NCBI GenBank assembly: GCA_008632985.1
Contig: QPGO01000007.1
Span: forward strand, 186,001 to 250,000
DNA length: 64,000 bases
Direction of reading: 5' to 3'
Source: Psammoneis japonica
Taxonomy: Eukaryota
Shown here: positions 1 to 13,624 of the stretch, piece by piece
Position numbering within the stretch: the stretch's first letter is position 1
Layout: each line of letters opens with the position of its first letter
The notes under the pieces: generated by a model
The model's input: the letters and a program-made list of their open reading frames with translations, nothing else
Databases searched by the model: none
Told to the model about the DNA's origin: nothing
Translations under genes and position numbers: made by a program

Positions 1-1183
1 GCTGTCAATGTCGTAGAACACATCGTCGGACGGTTCCTCGGAGTGGACATCGTGTGCGCACATGGCACGTCAGGGAGCTCGAGGTGTCGTCTTGGGTTGA
101 AACGCACTGTTGCATTGAGCCGCTGCGGAGAGGAGCAAGCCACAGCATTGATCGCACGTGAGGCTCTTGCCACTCTGCGCATGATGCTGATCAGCTTGGT
201 TCTTGACAGCACGGAGTTCCTCGACAGGGTGTGCGGCATTCTCGAGCATGATGCGCTTCTGTCCTTCAGAGAAGTGGTCACTGGCCGGGATGAGTGCCTC
301 GTGCTTGCGCAACTGATCTTGCCAATGAAGGATGAACCCGTGGGTCAGACCTTTCCAAGCAACCATCACCAAGACGTGCGGTGGTGAGGTGCGCGAGCAA
401 GGTGGAGGACTCGACAGATGCGCGGGTGGAGGCAAGCGCACACTCAGACAAGGCGCGGCAGACGGTCTGGGCGTCAGAAGACCCCACATTTTCGCGAATG
501 AGAGCCTTGCCCTTGTCGGTGAGAAGAATGCGTTCGAAGACAGCGAACATGCACTTTTGCTGTTCAGCAAAGAGCAGTTTGTCTTCGGGGCTGGTCGGTT
601 TGTACGACGAGTCTAGAATGCACTCGACATCTTGGGCACGGGCTTGTGCCACAAGTGAGGTGTGCCAAGTGTGCCACTGCTTGTCGGATTTGAGAGCCGT
701 GAAAGCGGTGGGGTCACGCTTGATGCCTCGCTTGAAGTCTCGCACCGGGTCGCGTGCCTTGGTCGGGTTGGTGACATGCAGAGGTGCGATGGGTGAGCTG
801 CCGACGGACACAGAAGACATGCAGTCGGGGCTGAGGCGGCAGGCAAGGAACTCGTCATGCGTGAACAACGAGGAGTCATTGGCAATGTCAAGACCTTCGT
901 GTGCTTTGACAATGTACAGACTAGTTGGAGCTGCTAACATGTTCTTATAACCACGGGGCAAAGGGATCACATCAGTGCCGTTGTCGCACTCAAGCGAGTC
1001 GATTTGGGACGGTATGAACGTGAACAGTTCTTGATGCGAGTCCGTGCCGTCTTGGGTCAAAGCCAAACGAAGAGGGCTCCCAGCACCTTGGGCAAGCACA
1101 GTTCCAACAATGTGCTCGAAACCATCGGTTTGTTGCTGACGAGTGAGAACCATGGCAGACAAAAGTGGTGTCAGGACAAGCAA
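1..1183 (-). mobile_element. Ty1/copia (CoDi-like) LTR retrotransposon, gag region, frameshifted; runs off the left end of the window
   Basis: ORFs 278..1183 and 70..570 join via a frameshift into a diatom copia gag-like protein (DFKRGIKRDPTAF...WHTWH...AQARAQDV; FILHWQDQLRKHE...MLENA). Strongly TA-depleted. The 5' LTR probably lies within 1200-2350 but could not be delimited. Confidence 0.8.
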
Positions 1184-2359
1184 TTCTTGTTGGGAAGCGA
1201 AGGTAGACTTGAAACTTGGGTGAGAACAGACTTGACTTGAAGTGGACTTGACTTGAAATCTTGAACTGCCTTAAAATCAGAAGTCGCCGGGCTGTGCCAT
1301 CCCGTTCGTTGTCAAGTGCTAAACTTCCTGTCTGGTCCGTAGAGTTGTGCCGGCACGTCCAAACCCACAGCCAGTGGCGCTTTGGGTTGCTTGCAAGCGG
1401 AGCAGCGGGTTGTAAACCCCTGCAGGTGAGCTGACTAGAGGTGGACAAGACCCCCGAACCGTTCTCATTTTACATCGGTTGGATTTCCCGATCAGGCTGG
1501 CCAGTTGACGCAGGCGTCAGGCGCTGTGGACGAACGAACAAACGCGGGAAAGCACCCTTGCCCCAACGCAGGCTGCAATCACGGCTGCTTGCTCTCACAG
1601 TCGTCCTCGTGGACCTGGCAGAACTGCAGAGCACCAGCAGTCCGGGGCAGATCAGGTGCAATGGACTCGGTGTGCTTGCAGAGTGGCAGCAAAACCGCAG
1701 TCCGAAGAGTGGGTGCAAGTTCTTGGCCGTGAAGACATGCACACACACATGTCTTCAGCGACGAAGATCCTTGAACATGTGGGGTTCTTGACCGTTGACC
1801 GATGAATGGGTGTGTCAAGGGATGAGGATCAAGGATGGACTTGGATGTGACCGTTGAATGTGTGTCTTCAGCGATCAAAGGCAGTGTGATCAATCCAGAC
1901 ATCCAGCGGCAAGGAGACTTGACGGTGACGTTAACTTCCTGCCGATGCCCTGGTGTTGAATGCGCGCAGACTTGCCGATGTACGTAGAATGCACACGGAG
2001 GTCCACGCAGAATTGAGACAGCGTCGTCGGTAAATCAACGACGACGATGGCGGTTGCTCAATGGGTTGACAATGAGCAAGACTGTCAATCTGACAGAAAT
2101 TGAAGGCAAATGGCAAGAATTCAAACAATGACTCCTCACTGCTGTCTAAATGGCAGATGAGTCTCCGCTCAGAGACCGTTGCAGGAGCCGAAAGACGTGC
2201 AAGTCGGCACAATCGGGCCACTGTCATTGTTCTTGTGAGCCTTGTGGCTCGAAAGCAAACTACATCGCACACGAACGCGCGGAACTAAAGCACACAAAAC
2301 TGTGCGCGGTGAACTGAACAGCGCGCGACATTTCGCGCGCACCTGAATCCTGTTCAAAT

Positions 2360-4250
2360 CCTGTCACCACTGCCGAGTGCTTTGACATTCGTGAGCACAC
2401 CAACCTGTTGCGCACTGACAACTCCAGTGCCATGCATTGGCAATGGAAAGGATTGTCCACCACCATCAAACCAGCGCCCAAGCTTCTCCGACATCAAGCC
2501 TTTCACCAGTGCCATCATCGACACCTTGGACTCCATGATTGCTGGCCTGGACACCTCAACTCTGCCACTGATGATGCCTTGCATCTTCAATTGCCAACCA
2601 ACCAAGAATTCTCATGCCATTTTAATCTCTTTTATCTGCAGAAACTCTCTTGGTGCCTCTGGACACCACCATCTGAGCTGAGTTCATTTACGACCTCAGC
2701 GCTGCTCAGCATGCCGTCACCCACTGTGTTGCCAATTCCAGAGCCTCCACCGCCAACACCCACTGGGACAAATGGCATCAGCTCTGCACCACTGTGGCCC
2801 TCGACCCATTGCTCCAAGACATTGATGACCCTGTTGTCTTCCTGAAAGACATCCTCCTCCACCAACACCACACTGGCATCATTGCACCAAGCAGCAATCC
2901 CATCAAAGGACAAACCGCTGAGGATGCCTTGCAGTTGGTTGGCCAAACATTTGCTGCTTTTGGGGCCCCGGATCCGCGGTGCACACCCCAGGGCGGCATG
3001 GATTCCCAACTTGCCAGACAAGTCCATTGCCACAAGAAAGAGGATCCACCACCAGACCATGCAAAACCGGTCCCTGTTGCTGTCCTCACCTGGATCATGC
3101 ATGCCACTGCCAACAGCAATGATCCAGGCAATGCATTCCAGACATGCAGCAGGCGGGAATCCCTGTGACATTGGGCCCGTGGAATTCTGCGTGCAAGCTC
3201 CGTGGCAAAATTGTTCAGCAATTTAAATGTCAATGACAGCCCACAGAAAAAGAGGCAGTTTTGTGAATGCACAAACTCTTCCATGATTGAAGCACATGTT
3301 TTTGCTTGACCCAATGCACTCTTCAGACATTCAAGAATGTGTCAGGCACATCGATGTTCCCACAAACAAGTCAAATGAAACATCTGGGGTTTCGCAAAAC
3401 AGGCAGTGTGGAACAATTTTTTACAATGTGTCACGCAGACATGTGCGCGCGAAACATGCAACAGATGACAAAAAACATTGTGTCACACATCAGCACTGCA
3501 AGCTTCCACCTGGGGCTGGAACGCGTCAGGCACCCAAGCAGTCACAGACATGATTGCTGTTGCTTTCTTTTGTTTGTTGCATCCCGGTAAACACACTGCT
3601 GCACCATCCGACTCCACCCCATTCCATCTCGCCGATGTCCACCTGGCATCTGGGGGAGGTGCCCACATGGACACCCTCCAAGCCCCCGATGCTCAGCTTG
3701 ATGCTGTCACCTTCACCAATCTCTTGCTTTCACTGCCCAAAAGAGTGGCATTCATGGAGAAGTTTTGGGACTTGACCTCTCGGGACACCCTGACCTGTGC
3801 CCCACAAAGGCACTCATTTGTTGCATCCGGCATCTTCGATCCCATGGCGCACTCCCTGACACCCCCCTTGGTGTCTGTTTTCATCATGGCGCCTGGCAAC
3901 GGGTGTCTCCTGCCGACATCACAAGCGCCCTGCTTGCCGCTGTCATTGCTTGTGGCAGGCAAATCTCGACTTCAACACTCAAGATGTTGCTGCTTGGTGC
4001 CTTCATGCTGCTGGTGCCTTGGCACTCCTCTGTGCGCAAATGTTGACACCAATCTCACTCGGCTCTTGGGCCGCTGGTGATCTGATGAAATGCAGCTTGG
4101 CTTGCATTTGCAAGCCAAGCTTGTCATGCACAACTTCGCTCATGACATGCTCGCCGGTGGCAACTTTGTCCTTCATCCAAATGCCGATGTCCCGATGAAT
4201 CCACAAGATCCACAGGACTGGCTCGCCACCAGCCCTCCAGCCTTTCTCAG
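2360..4250 (+). mobile_element. Degenerate DIRS/Ngaro-like tyrosine-recombinase retrotransposon fragment (RNase H C-terminus plus YR)
   Basis: 2408..2845 reads TDNSSAMHWQWKG...LLRHQAFHQ...PGHLN..DDA (DIRS-type RNase H). 2794-4130 gives DPR.TPQG..D.QL.RQ...KKEDPPP..KPVP, DMIAVAFF.LLHPGK, DLCPTKAL, AAGALALL...LLGRW*SDEM (tyrosine recombinase), with stops and frameshifts. Confidence 0.8.
3131..3526. mobile_element. 396-bp MITE-like insertion inside the YR gene, 6-bp TSD
   Basis: TSD CAGGCA at 3125-3130 and 3527-3532. Imperfect 11-bp TIR ATGCATTCCAG / CTGGAACGCGT. Removing it restores the frame ...NSNDPG-TQAVTDMIAVAFF. Confidence 0.85.
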
Positions 4251-4259
4251 CATGTGAGT

Positions 4260-6900
4260 TGCATTGCCAACATTGTCCTCTGCCTCTGATGCACAAACTT
4301 TGCGAATGAAGCCTTCCTCATCATGCACAAATTCCAGGGAAAACAAACCTTGGAATGGTGGCCAGTGGCCAAGTCTCCAATCACAGTGCAAACGAATTTC
4401 ACTTTCAACAAACCACAAGTTGTCAAAAGCTTTTAACAAGAACTCTCAGGTCACCCAAGTGAGGCACAAAGAAATGGAACACCTGAATCAGACTCAGAAG
4501 CGGGTCGCAAAACGACTTCATGCCACCACGCCAGTGCATCATGACAACCATAAAAAATTAGCCAAGTTTCTCCAGCAGCTGCCATGGTCCCATCATTCAG
4601 CGGAATCATCAATGAATGTAACAGTGGGTTCATTGCTGGGTGAAGAGTGCTGCTTTACATCATTTGATGATTTCACCGTGGCACCAAGACACCGTCTTGA
4701 TGAACGCAACATCGTCTCTGTCAGCGGGAGACGAAAAAGCTCAAAGCACGGCAAAAACGCGTGTGGTGTCTTGACACAAGATTCGGAGAGACCAGGCCTG
4801 TGAGGACCGGCTAAATGCGCAGTGCGCATTTTTGAGTTTTTGGGTCTCATTTTGCACCAAATGCACAAAAATGCACTGTCTGCTGCATGGAAACATGCCA
4901 GAGGTTTCTGTGTGGCGTCACACCTGAACATTGCAATGCACTCGTGATGAGCTTGCAACTGCAACAGAAGTGATTGGCCCTCTGGAGCAGAGACAAGAAG
5001 TGACACAGTCACACATGAAACTCACTGTCACCTGCTCAAGCAAGTGACAGTGCTTGCTGTTCAGTCGTTCAAACATGCAGATCTCAAGAATGTCACATGG
5101 GATCTCAGTCATGGTTGTGCTGAGCTTGCGGCAGCATGCAGACAGTGCGTGCAGGGTTGGAGGGAGGCTGTGATGTCATCCATCAGTGCTGCATCTACGC
5201 AGAACACATGCAGCCAGTTTCAGCACATAAATGAGCGCAAAACCGGGTTTCAACAAGCGCATTTGGCCAATGCTTGCAGGCCTGCGGGCTGCAGGGAGCA
5301 TTGACCACTTGTCTTTCTTGGTGGGTGTGGGTGTGTGCCGTTGCATGCTGCATTGCCTGCATGCACACAGGGCCCTGCCGCTGTGGCCAGCAGATTGTGG
5401 CGGCAGAGTGGCGTGGCCACTGCACCGGTGACGTGGATGACCATCACATTTGATGTCTCACACCATTTTTGGGGCTGCAGTGAGGTGCACAGACACTCTT
5501 TTTTTCCGATTTGTTGCCACATGATGACAGAGCATCTTTGCCAGTGAGTCGCAAACACAATCATAAATGCAGGGACACAACCCAAAAGGACAAGCAAACA
5601 GACTGCCCCGCGAGTTTACGATTCTGCATGCGACCATCATTTTCAGTCGACCACAATCGTGCCGTGTTCACATTTGGCCGATGGTTGGGCAGATGTTGAG
5701 ACAACAAGCAACCACATGCACGAACACAAATGATCAACAACTGATGGCAGGACGGGCTTGTCAAACATCACATGACGCCATGGCGGCTTTGAATGCAGTG
5801 TGCGACACAAATCACAGTCCATTCAAAGACATGATGTCTGTCAACAGAGCACAATTCATGTTGCACCTGTGTTGTGAAAGTCATTCTACATCGCGAAAAC
5901 AAGCAAAGCATCATTGCATGATTTGTGCCTTGTTCTCTTCTGACCCCACAAACCCCCCACATGTCCGCTCTCCTCCCACATCTCAATGCAGTCGCATGTG
6001 AGTTCACAAGATGTGACAAAGCATTGGTTGTTGGGCCTCTGTGATGTCCTCTCATCAAGAAAGCATCAATTGTCGTTTCATCATGGTGACGCGCACTTTC
6101 CACAGGATTTCTGCATCCTTTTTGTGCCAGAAATTTGTGATTTTTGTTTGCGATTTTGGAGGTGGATTGAATCCAAGGCCTGATTTGCGATTTGTTTTCA
6201 TGAATCATAAATCCGAAAAGGGTTGCCAGTGCAAAAATCATGTTTGCGATCCACCAAAAATTGTGATTTTTTGTGAATCTCATTCGCGCCGGAAGACGAT
6301 CGGACACAGGTTTGTGCTCGTGACTCACTGGCGAAGATGCTCCAATGGCGCATCGCACAAACTCACTTGTTGTTCGACATGTTTTCCCCAATGTGACTGT
6401 TTCATGCAGAATTCACGATTGATCATCTTTGTTGACAATTGAACACATTTTTTAACATGCCACGCTGGCAATCCCAGTTTTACACAGCACTTTCAAGCTC
6501 TCCTGAAAAACAGTTCCATGTGCCCGTCATGGGGAATCCATCAATTTTTTAGGATGTCCCCATGACCTCCAATGTTCTCAATGATCATTCCAAGAATTCG
6601 AGCAATTCGTTTGCACTGAACAAGAGCCCACGCCGTTCCAAAATCCGAGGGGCACACTTTCAAATTCGGGCGGACCGACTGCCCGACCGACACGAAAAAG
6701 TCTGCAATCACCAACCACTGAGCGGCCAATGAAACTCAAATGAATGCAGGCTGGCCAGCTCGCGAGGCGACTCATGATCACAGCAAAAAATCTCCTCCAA
6801 TGAATGAATTACATTTGAACTCTGTCATCTCTTAAAAGTGGGGCACGCGACAATTGAGACGATCACATTCAATCATTGGATGTTCTGAATGTGATTTTCA
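4260..6900. repeat. Heavily degenerate, unclassified repeat/TE remnants
   Basis: TpA and CpG depleted, TG/CA rich, no credible ORF; lies between two recognisable TEs. Confidence 0.55.
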
Positions 6901-6976
6901 GAACTGGTCAATCTTTTGAGAGCTCCGTTTTAAGATCTGTCCGTGCCTCACCCACCTGGATGGTCTGGAGCGGAGG

Positions 6977-7158
6977 CGAATGAACACCGATGTAGCCGCG
7001 TGGGGCAATGACAGTGCCTTGAGCCTGAGAGCAGTGGTGATAAACCAAAGAGAACCCTGTGTCGATTAGATCGCACAAGATTGTGGGAAAGAACAAACCA
7101 CCAGATCGTGCGCGTCAGCCCCGGACCAGGGACTGACCGCTCCACTCAGATTTACTCG
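6977..7158 (-). repeat. 3' LTR (182 bp)
   Basis: Aligns without gaps to 13625-13806. Preceded on the minus strand by a short purine tract (GCGGGGAC). Confidence 0.92.
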
Positions 7159-7339
7159 GTCCCCGCGAAACGGCAGTGACAACGCCGATTCGTCTAAACC
7201 CAGAACATCCTCTCATAGAGAGGTGAACACAAAACCCAAATTCAAACCACCAGCAATGCTGGCTTGGGAGGCCGAAACACGTGGGCGCGAGCCGCAGGTG
7301 TCTGGCCTTGGTGTCGGGGCTCTGCCAAAAGATGCAAGA

Positions 7340-10300
7340 TCAAAGTTTCCAACGCCGCTCTCCCGTCGTCACCTTCGTAAACAGATCCGCCAAATTCGTG
7401 TCCGTGTCCTCCTTCCCGACGCGAACAATGCCAGCCGCAACCGCTTCACGAACCAAATGACAGTTGACAGCATTGTGCTTCTTGTGCAACACAGATTCCG
7501 GAACACTGACGTTCTTCACCACGCCGCGGTTGTCGCAAAATGCATTGGCAGGGCCTTCAATCGGTGCTCCAAACATGCGAAGTTTGTAATGCAAAGCAAC
7601 AATCAACTCCTTGCAAATGCGCATCGCAACCAATTCGCTGCCAAACGTCGCCGACTCCACTGTGTTCTGCCGCTTGCTAAACCAAATGATCGGAGCATTG
7701 TTCACGAATGTCAAAATCCCGCCATGCAATCTGCGAGCAACAACGTTTCCCGCATGGTTAGCGTCAACAAATGCAGATGTGTTTGCCGGGTTGCCACGGG
7801 GCTTGGGCATCCGTGGCGGCAACTCCTCCTCAACGTCCCCGTAAAACTCCGTCCAGTCCGCAGCAGAATTGAAAACAGATTCGTCGATCACAGGCATCTT
7901 CGGGTCAAAACCAGTGCGACCGACATTCAAATGCTTCTTCATGCACGCGAACACATGGTGCAATGCTTCAAGGTGCCCTTTCCTTGGGTTGGCTTGACAC
8001 TGAGAGAGAATGGAAACTTCATGCAAGATGTCGACACGGCCCAACTCGATCGCCCAATGACAAATGCCAATCAACTGCAAACACCTGTCCACCAAATCGG
8101 GTCCCAACTCGTCCATCATGTCTAATTCCGGCTTGCACTTAAAAGGCAGTGGGTCCCTCACATTGTTCTTCAAGACTGCTCCGTCACCGTCCTCTTCCAA
8201 CGGCCCTTCCACCGTCTTGATCGCCGACTTGATGTGCGACTTCGGCGAGCTTGCCCAAATGGTGCGCCCATCTTCGGTCTGAACCTTCTCGACGTCGGCT
8301 CCAAGGTGTGACGATGGCTCTCCTTCACTCCCAGGTTTGACAGTGAATGATTCACCTGTGCTCTCGACAACAGATTTTCCTTGATGAGAAATGATTAGAA
8401 TGTCGTCAACACAAACCAAAAGCATTTCACAATGCTCATGCCCATCGTCGCGAGTCGCCGCACAAACACAAACGTCGGGATCTGCCTTCGTTGATTCAAA
8501 ACCCATGTTCCGTAAAACCGATGCCAATGCAGACCTCCAAGAGTGTCCAGAGCTCTTCAAACCGTGCAGCGCTCGAGTCACAACTAGAACCTTGCCTTGG
8601 TGCTCTCCACATTCCCTGCCACCTTCGAACCAGATCTTCTCCGCACACGGGGCATTCAAACACGCGTTCTCCAGGTCGACAGCCGCAATGTCCACTCCAT
8701 TCAATGCTGCCAGCAGGAATCCTAACCGCACGCCATCCCTCAAAACAACACTTGAGCATGTGATCGATGATGGTGTTTCCGCAGCATGACCTCCTGCAAC
8801 AAATCTGGCCTTCCCAGTGAAATCCATCTTGACGTCGAATGCCAAATGGCACCTGATCTCCTGATGACCACGCAAAGTTGCACTCTTGCCTTCCGGACGA
8901 CTTGAGGGGTTTCAGCTTCATGTTTGCGCCATGCTACCTTGACCTTGTTCATCTCCTTGTTGGTTGCGCGAGCCCAATGGTCCGTCCCCGTTTCCTGGTC
9001 AATCTTCAAAGCATCTTCCGTAGACTTGGGTAAACGCACGCCGAACTTGTGGGCAGTGCGCCAACATTTCTTCTTAACCTTCGAGATGATGCGATTCTGC
9101 TTGCATAAAACATGCGTGACCCACCAAGCAAACGCCGGTTCTTCGGTTAACCTGTTCGCTGCAGCACACTCAGCAAGTTCAATTGGGTTAGACTCCTTCA
9201 GATCCTTGAGTTTCACCCATGACGAGCTGCCGTCCTTCCATGCGACCAACAGGTTCCATCCTTTCGTAGTTGTCTTCTTATGTTCGTTCCCGTCAGCTGT
9301 CTGAACTGTTCCCTCCTGGATCGGCATGGCTTCGCCGGTCTTTTCGTGATCCTGCATCTCCTGTAAAATAGAACACTGGTTGCCTTCGCTGTCAACTTGA
9401 GCAAACATGTTCTCCGCGATCACATTGGCAGTGTGCTTGTCTCTGGTGCCGTCTGTGTGTTCAATCTCACACTCGCGGGTGTCAAACAATGGATTCTGAT
9501 GCCGGGTTCCAATTGGTCGCCCATCCTGACCTCGTGCCCGCTTGACTGCGACTCCTCGCCGTTCAGCGTTGGTCCCAACATCAAACACAAGTTCCATTCC
9601 GAGATGTTGATCAATTGCCTGTTCGTCGTCGTCCTCGGGTCGTTCTCCTGGCAATGACATGTCCCCGCATTCCTCATTGGTTGGTGTCACACCGCCTTCA
9701 TGTTCCACGCCGGGGTTGCCGTCGATCGCCAAATCATCCAATGCAAATGCTGGTGCCGCTTCGTCGCCTTGTAAAACGAAATTGGTGTCATCTAACCGTG
9801 CCTCCAGTTGTTCGTTAAACTTGTCGACTTTCACACGAATGTCCGGCTGCACCATGTCGGCCTGCGTTACATGCTCGACCGAAGTCTTCGAAACTGTCTT
9901 CCCGGATTCCGTGACAATCCAATGACACATGTCCGATCCGACCTTGTGAGATGCACCAAGCCATCGTCCAAGCCTCCTGGGTCATCTGTTACATTCAGCT
10001 TGTCGTGTCCATCCCACCACCAGACCAGATCACAGAAACCGAAGTCCAAATGCTCGCCTGTCTCGGGTGTCTGACCAGTTACCTCTTCACACCCAGTCCG
10101 TTTGTCGCGGCCTCTTGCCATGCGAGACACAAGTTCCGATTCATAAACTAGACCAAAATCCCACAATCATTTCGGCACCTTCTTCCTCGTAATCCGCAGG
10201 CGCCAACGCTTGGCCAAGAACCCGATCTCTCTTTCTGCTGCGTGATTCTGATTCTTACGACCTTGTTCCGTTGTCCTGAGTTGGATCCTCATTCGACGTG

Positions 10301-11642
10301 CGTGTTTCACAAACTCGGCACTTCGTCCTGTGAACTCTCCAGCACCATCCGACATGAGACACTCCGGCACTCCCACATCGTCTGTAAAGTCAACGAGAGA
10401 CAAACCTGCCTCCGACCTTGCGGTCATTGGCACAACCTTTACGAACTTGCCCTGAGCACAAACATTGGCACAAGTGTTGCCGAGCAAAGACTTCACCTTG
10501 GACATTGATGTGTCCACAAACCATGTCCCTTTTGATCTTTTCCGATGCAGGTCCAAGTGATCCACCCTGACTCTCCTTGACATTGGTTGGGTCGCCGTCC
10601 GCACACCGCGCTGTGCAGTTACATTGAGAGTGTCCTCAGCCGTTTCCAAGCCGACGTTCCACTTTCGTGCTAGCTCCTCAGCGTCGATCTTGGAGTGACG
10701 GTCCTCACTGCGTAATTCCTTGACCGCTCTTGCTCTTTCGTCTGCGTCAGACCCACACGCGCAAGCTGCGTTGACTGAACTGATGAGCCTGTCACAAAAG
10801 GATTGAAGATGACAGACTGGAGACAATCGAGTGAGTTCAGCTTCAACCTCGCCCCATTGGACTGCTTGAGACTTGGCCCTGTCGCTCTTCATTTCTGAAA
10901 CCTGTTCCTGTCTCATGCCAGATGTCATCGAACGGATGGCACGCATCTCAGATTGCTCCCTTGTGCGCTGTGGTAAACCCATGTCGACTTCCATTGGACT
11001 CCATGCGTCTCCTGTTGGCAGTGTCACTGGCAAGTTCTTCTCCTCCCAATCCGTCGGAACACGAGACTTGAAAGACACAATTGTCCCCGTGGAATTGAAA
11101 GGTGTGAAAGCTTCATCAGCTTCGACTCCAAACCCATTTCGAGTGTCGCAAGGGTTGTCGTGTACGGGCACATCACACGCTCGCAACTGATTGGGGTTCA
11201 ACAATGAATGATGCATGTCAGTTCCAAACCACAGCATTTGGTCTCCAACCAGCAAGCACTCTCGAGTCGTTTCCGGATCCGTCCACACTGTGCAACAATG
11301 CGCCACAGGAATCTGTTTAACCGGCTCATGCGAATCTAGAAACGGGTGCACTTCACAGACTTTGTTCGTCAATTCCACAAGTTTCCAGTTAGCGCCAGCA
11401 CAACAAGTGTCCGCATGAGTGTCACATTCGTTCCTCGCCATGAAGCCGGGTGTCGTTAAGTTCGTCATCGCGGTGGCAGTCGTTGACCTTGTCACACGTT
11501 TCGAAGTCACAGCAACGCGCCTTTTCGTCACCTTCTCTTGCAAATGAAACATTGGGTGGGGTTTAGTTAACAACATGATGAGCAACATGAATGCAAATGA
11601 CATGTGCACCAAATGCGCCAACGCTCCCGTAGCTGAAACCAC
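7340..11642 (-). pseudogene. copia pol (protease, integrase, RT, RNase H), broken into three ORFs
   Basis: 10167..11642: protease DTHADT and integrase (WFVDT...SDGAGEF...QNHAAERE). 8740..9930: GWNLLVAWKDGSSSW IN tail. 7340..8875: KARFVAGGH, ALHGLKSSG, LVCVDDIL, FVDANHAG, SKRQNTVESATFGSE, NLADLFTK. Confidence 0.95.
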
Positions 11643-11651
11643 CCCGATCAG

Positions 11652-13175
11652 TCAGACATGACCTTGACAGGCTCCTCGACCGAAAGCGCGCCCATTCCTG
11701 CCACCACGATCACGGTCAGCTCCGCGACCGCGGCCACCGTTTTCACCTTGCGCTTGACCTTGCTGCCCTTGACCTTGACGGTCTTGAACCTGAGCTTCGG
11801 CTGCTTGCCTGTTGCCTCCGTCGCGTCCGCCTCTTCCTGCAGGGTTTCCTCGACCACCGCGTCCGTGCATCCTTTCACAAGCTTGAAAAATGTGATTGAG
11901 ACCTCCGTTAAAGCACAATCTGTCCCATTCCTGGTCGGCAAATGTCCTCGTAGGATCCGATGCATCGACTCCGTTAATCACAGTTGTGCGATCACCGCCC
12001 CTTCCTTGATGTCCTCCGCGTCCTCCACCGCGGCCAAATCCACTGCCACGCCCATGACCGCCGTGATGGAAACCTCGGCCACCGCCGCCACCTCGGCTGA
12101 TCTGAGAAATCTTGCGCTTCGTGTGACACCGGGCTTCTAACTGAGCACCTGCATGTAAATGAGAGACTTCGGATGAGAAACAAGCACACGCCCCCGCGAA
12201 GTCACGAGGGTGCTGGTTGCCAACAATGGCCGTAGCCACCACAAGACGGGCATCCTCCGATTTGATGCCCTTCTGCAATGTTTCAACCTTCTGCCGAGCA
12301 GACATGCTTTCATCTGGAACCTCATCCAAAGCAGCAAAGGCACTGGTGAGTCTCTCCGTGAATTTCTCAAATGCAAGTGCACCTTCCTTTTTGTAGAATG
12401 ACGTTTCGACATTGGCCCCAGCCAAATGAACTCGCTTGCTCAATTCGCCTTCGCCATTGCAATGGTTGGCCCAGGCCCAGAATGCTTCGCGTCCATTCTC
12501 TGTTGCGTCACATGGTTCAATCCAAGCCCAACCAGCCGCATCAATCAAGTGCTCCTTCAATGTGCGATGCACGCGACGATTGTCCACATCAAACGCGTCT
12601 CCGGCGAGCGGCAACTGACACATGCGCTCCTCCTGATTGTCCGCGAACTCCGCCGGTGCAGGCATCCTCCTCGCGACACATTTCAACGGCTCCTTAAGTG
12701 CACCAAGCTTCTGCGCCAACAAGTTCAAGAAAGCGTCTTCACACACGTCAAAATCTTCCGCTTTGAATTTGGTGAGGCTGTCAACCGTCGCAGTGGATTC
12801 CGCAAACTCCTTTTCAATGCGCCTGCCGTCCCCAGCCGCCGCCATGGCTGCAATGTTAAAATTCGCCGCGACCAGTGGCTGGCTCCGTTTCGTTAAATCT
12901 CTCAACCACCAAACCAACGCCTGCAAGTTCTTAATCTGTGTCGTCCCCAGCGTCACGCGTCCATCGGCTGCTGTACGACGAGCCGCCCTTTGGGCTAGAT
13001 CCTCAACATCATGGTCCGTTTCCACAACAGCAACATTCTCAAGAGCAGCAAACCCTTCATAGAAAACAAGCCTCGCCCTGGCGTTCTGGTCAACAACACC
13101 ACAAACCTGCAATGCCGCGTCTGCGTCAGCCGCCGCGGCCAAAGCCGCAAGCGCCACTGCTGGTGCCGCTGCCAT
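11652..13175 (-). pseudogene. copia gag with RGG-rich C-terminus
   Basis: ORF from MAAAPA (ATG 13175) with diatom copia gag motifs (IKNLQALVWW; NGREAFWAW..HCNGEGE) and a long G/R-rich tail. No CCHC knuckle seen. Confidence 0.85.
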
Positions 13176-13610
13176 CCTGTGACAAGAGAAACAGAGGCAA
13201 CAACCCGCACAATGGGTCGCAATTTGGTGTGAGTGCGACATGGCACAGGAGGCCACACCGACCGGTGCTGTGACAATGGGTTCACATGGCCAACCGACTT
13301 CGGGGTGATCAATCCCGTGTCGTTTCCATCGCGAGCACACGCTCGGGCATGCCACCCAATGCCGCAGTCGCTCCACACCCGTTAACAACATGGAGATGGT
13401 GACCATTTTGCGAGCATTTTCCATTGCAAGCTGTTTCCTTTGGTCGTCATACGCAATGCAGAGCACACGCTGCACGCGACAACCCCCTTTCGACGCTGCG
13501 CGTACGAATCAGTGCATTTTCTACAGCTGCTCGTTCCATGCACACAATCACAACAATCAACCGTTTGCAACGAGTTGTTTCCTTGTCCGTTTCATTCAGC
13601 TTTTCATCAA

Positions 13611-13623
13611 TGGCTCTGATAAA
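13611..13623 (-). promoter_or_regulatory. Primer-binding site resembling tRNA-iMet complement
   Basis: Minus strand TTTATCAGAGCCA just inside the 5' LTR, versus the canonical copia PBS TGGTATCAGAGC(C). Confidence 0.65.
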
Positions 13624-13624
13624 G

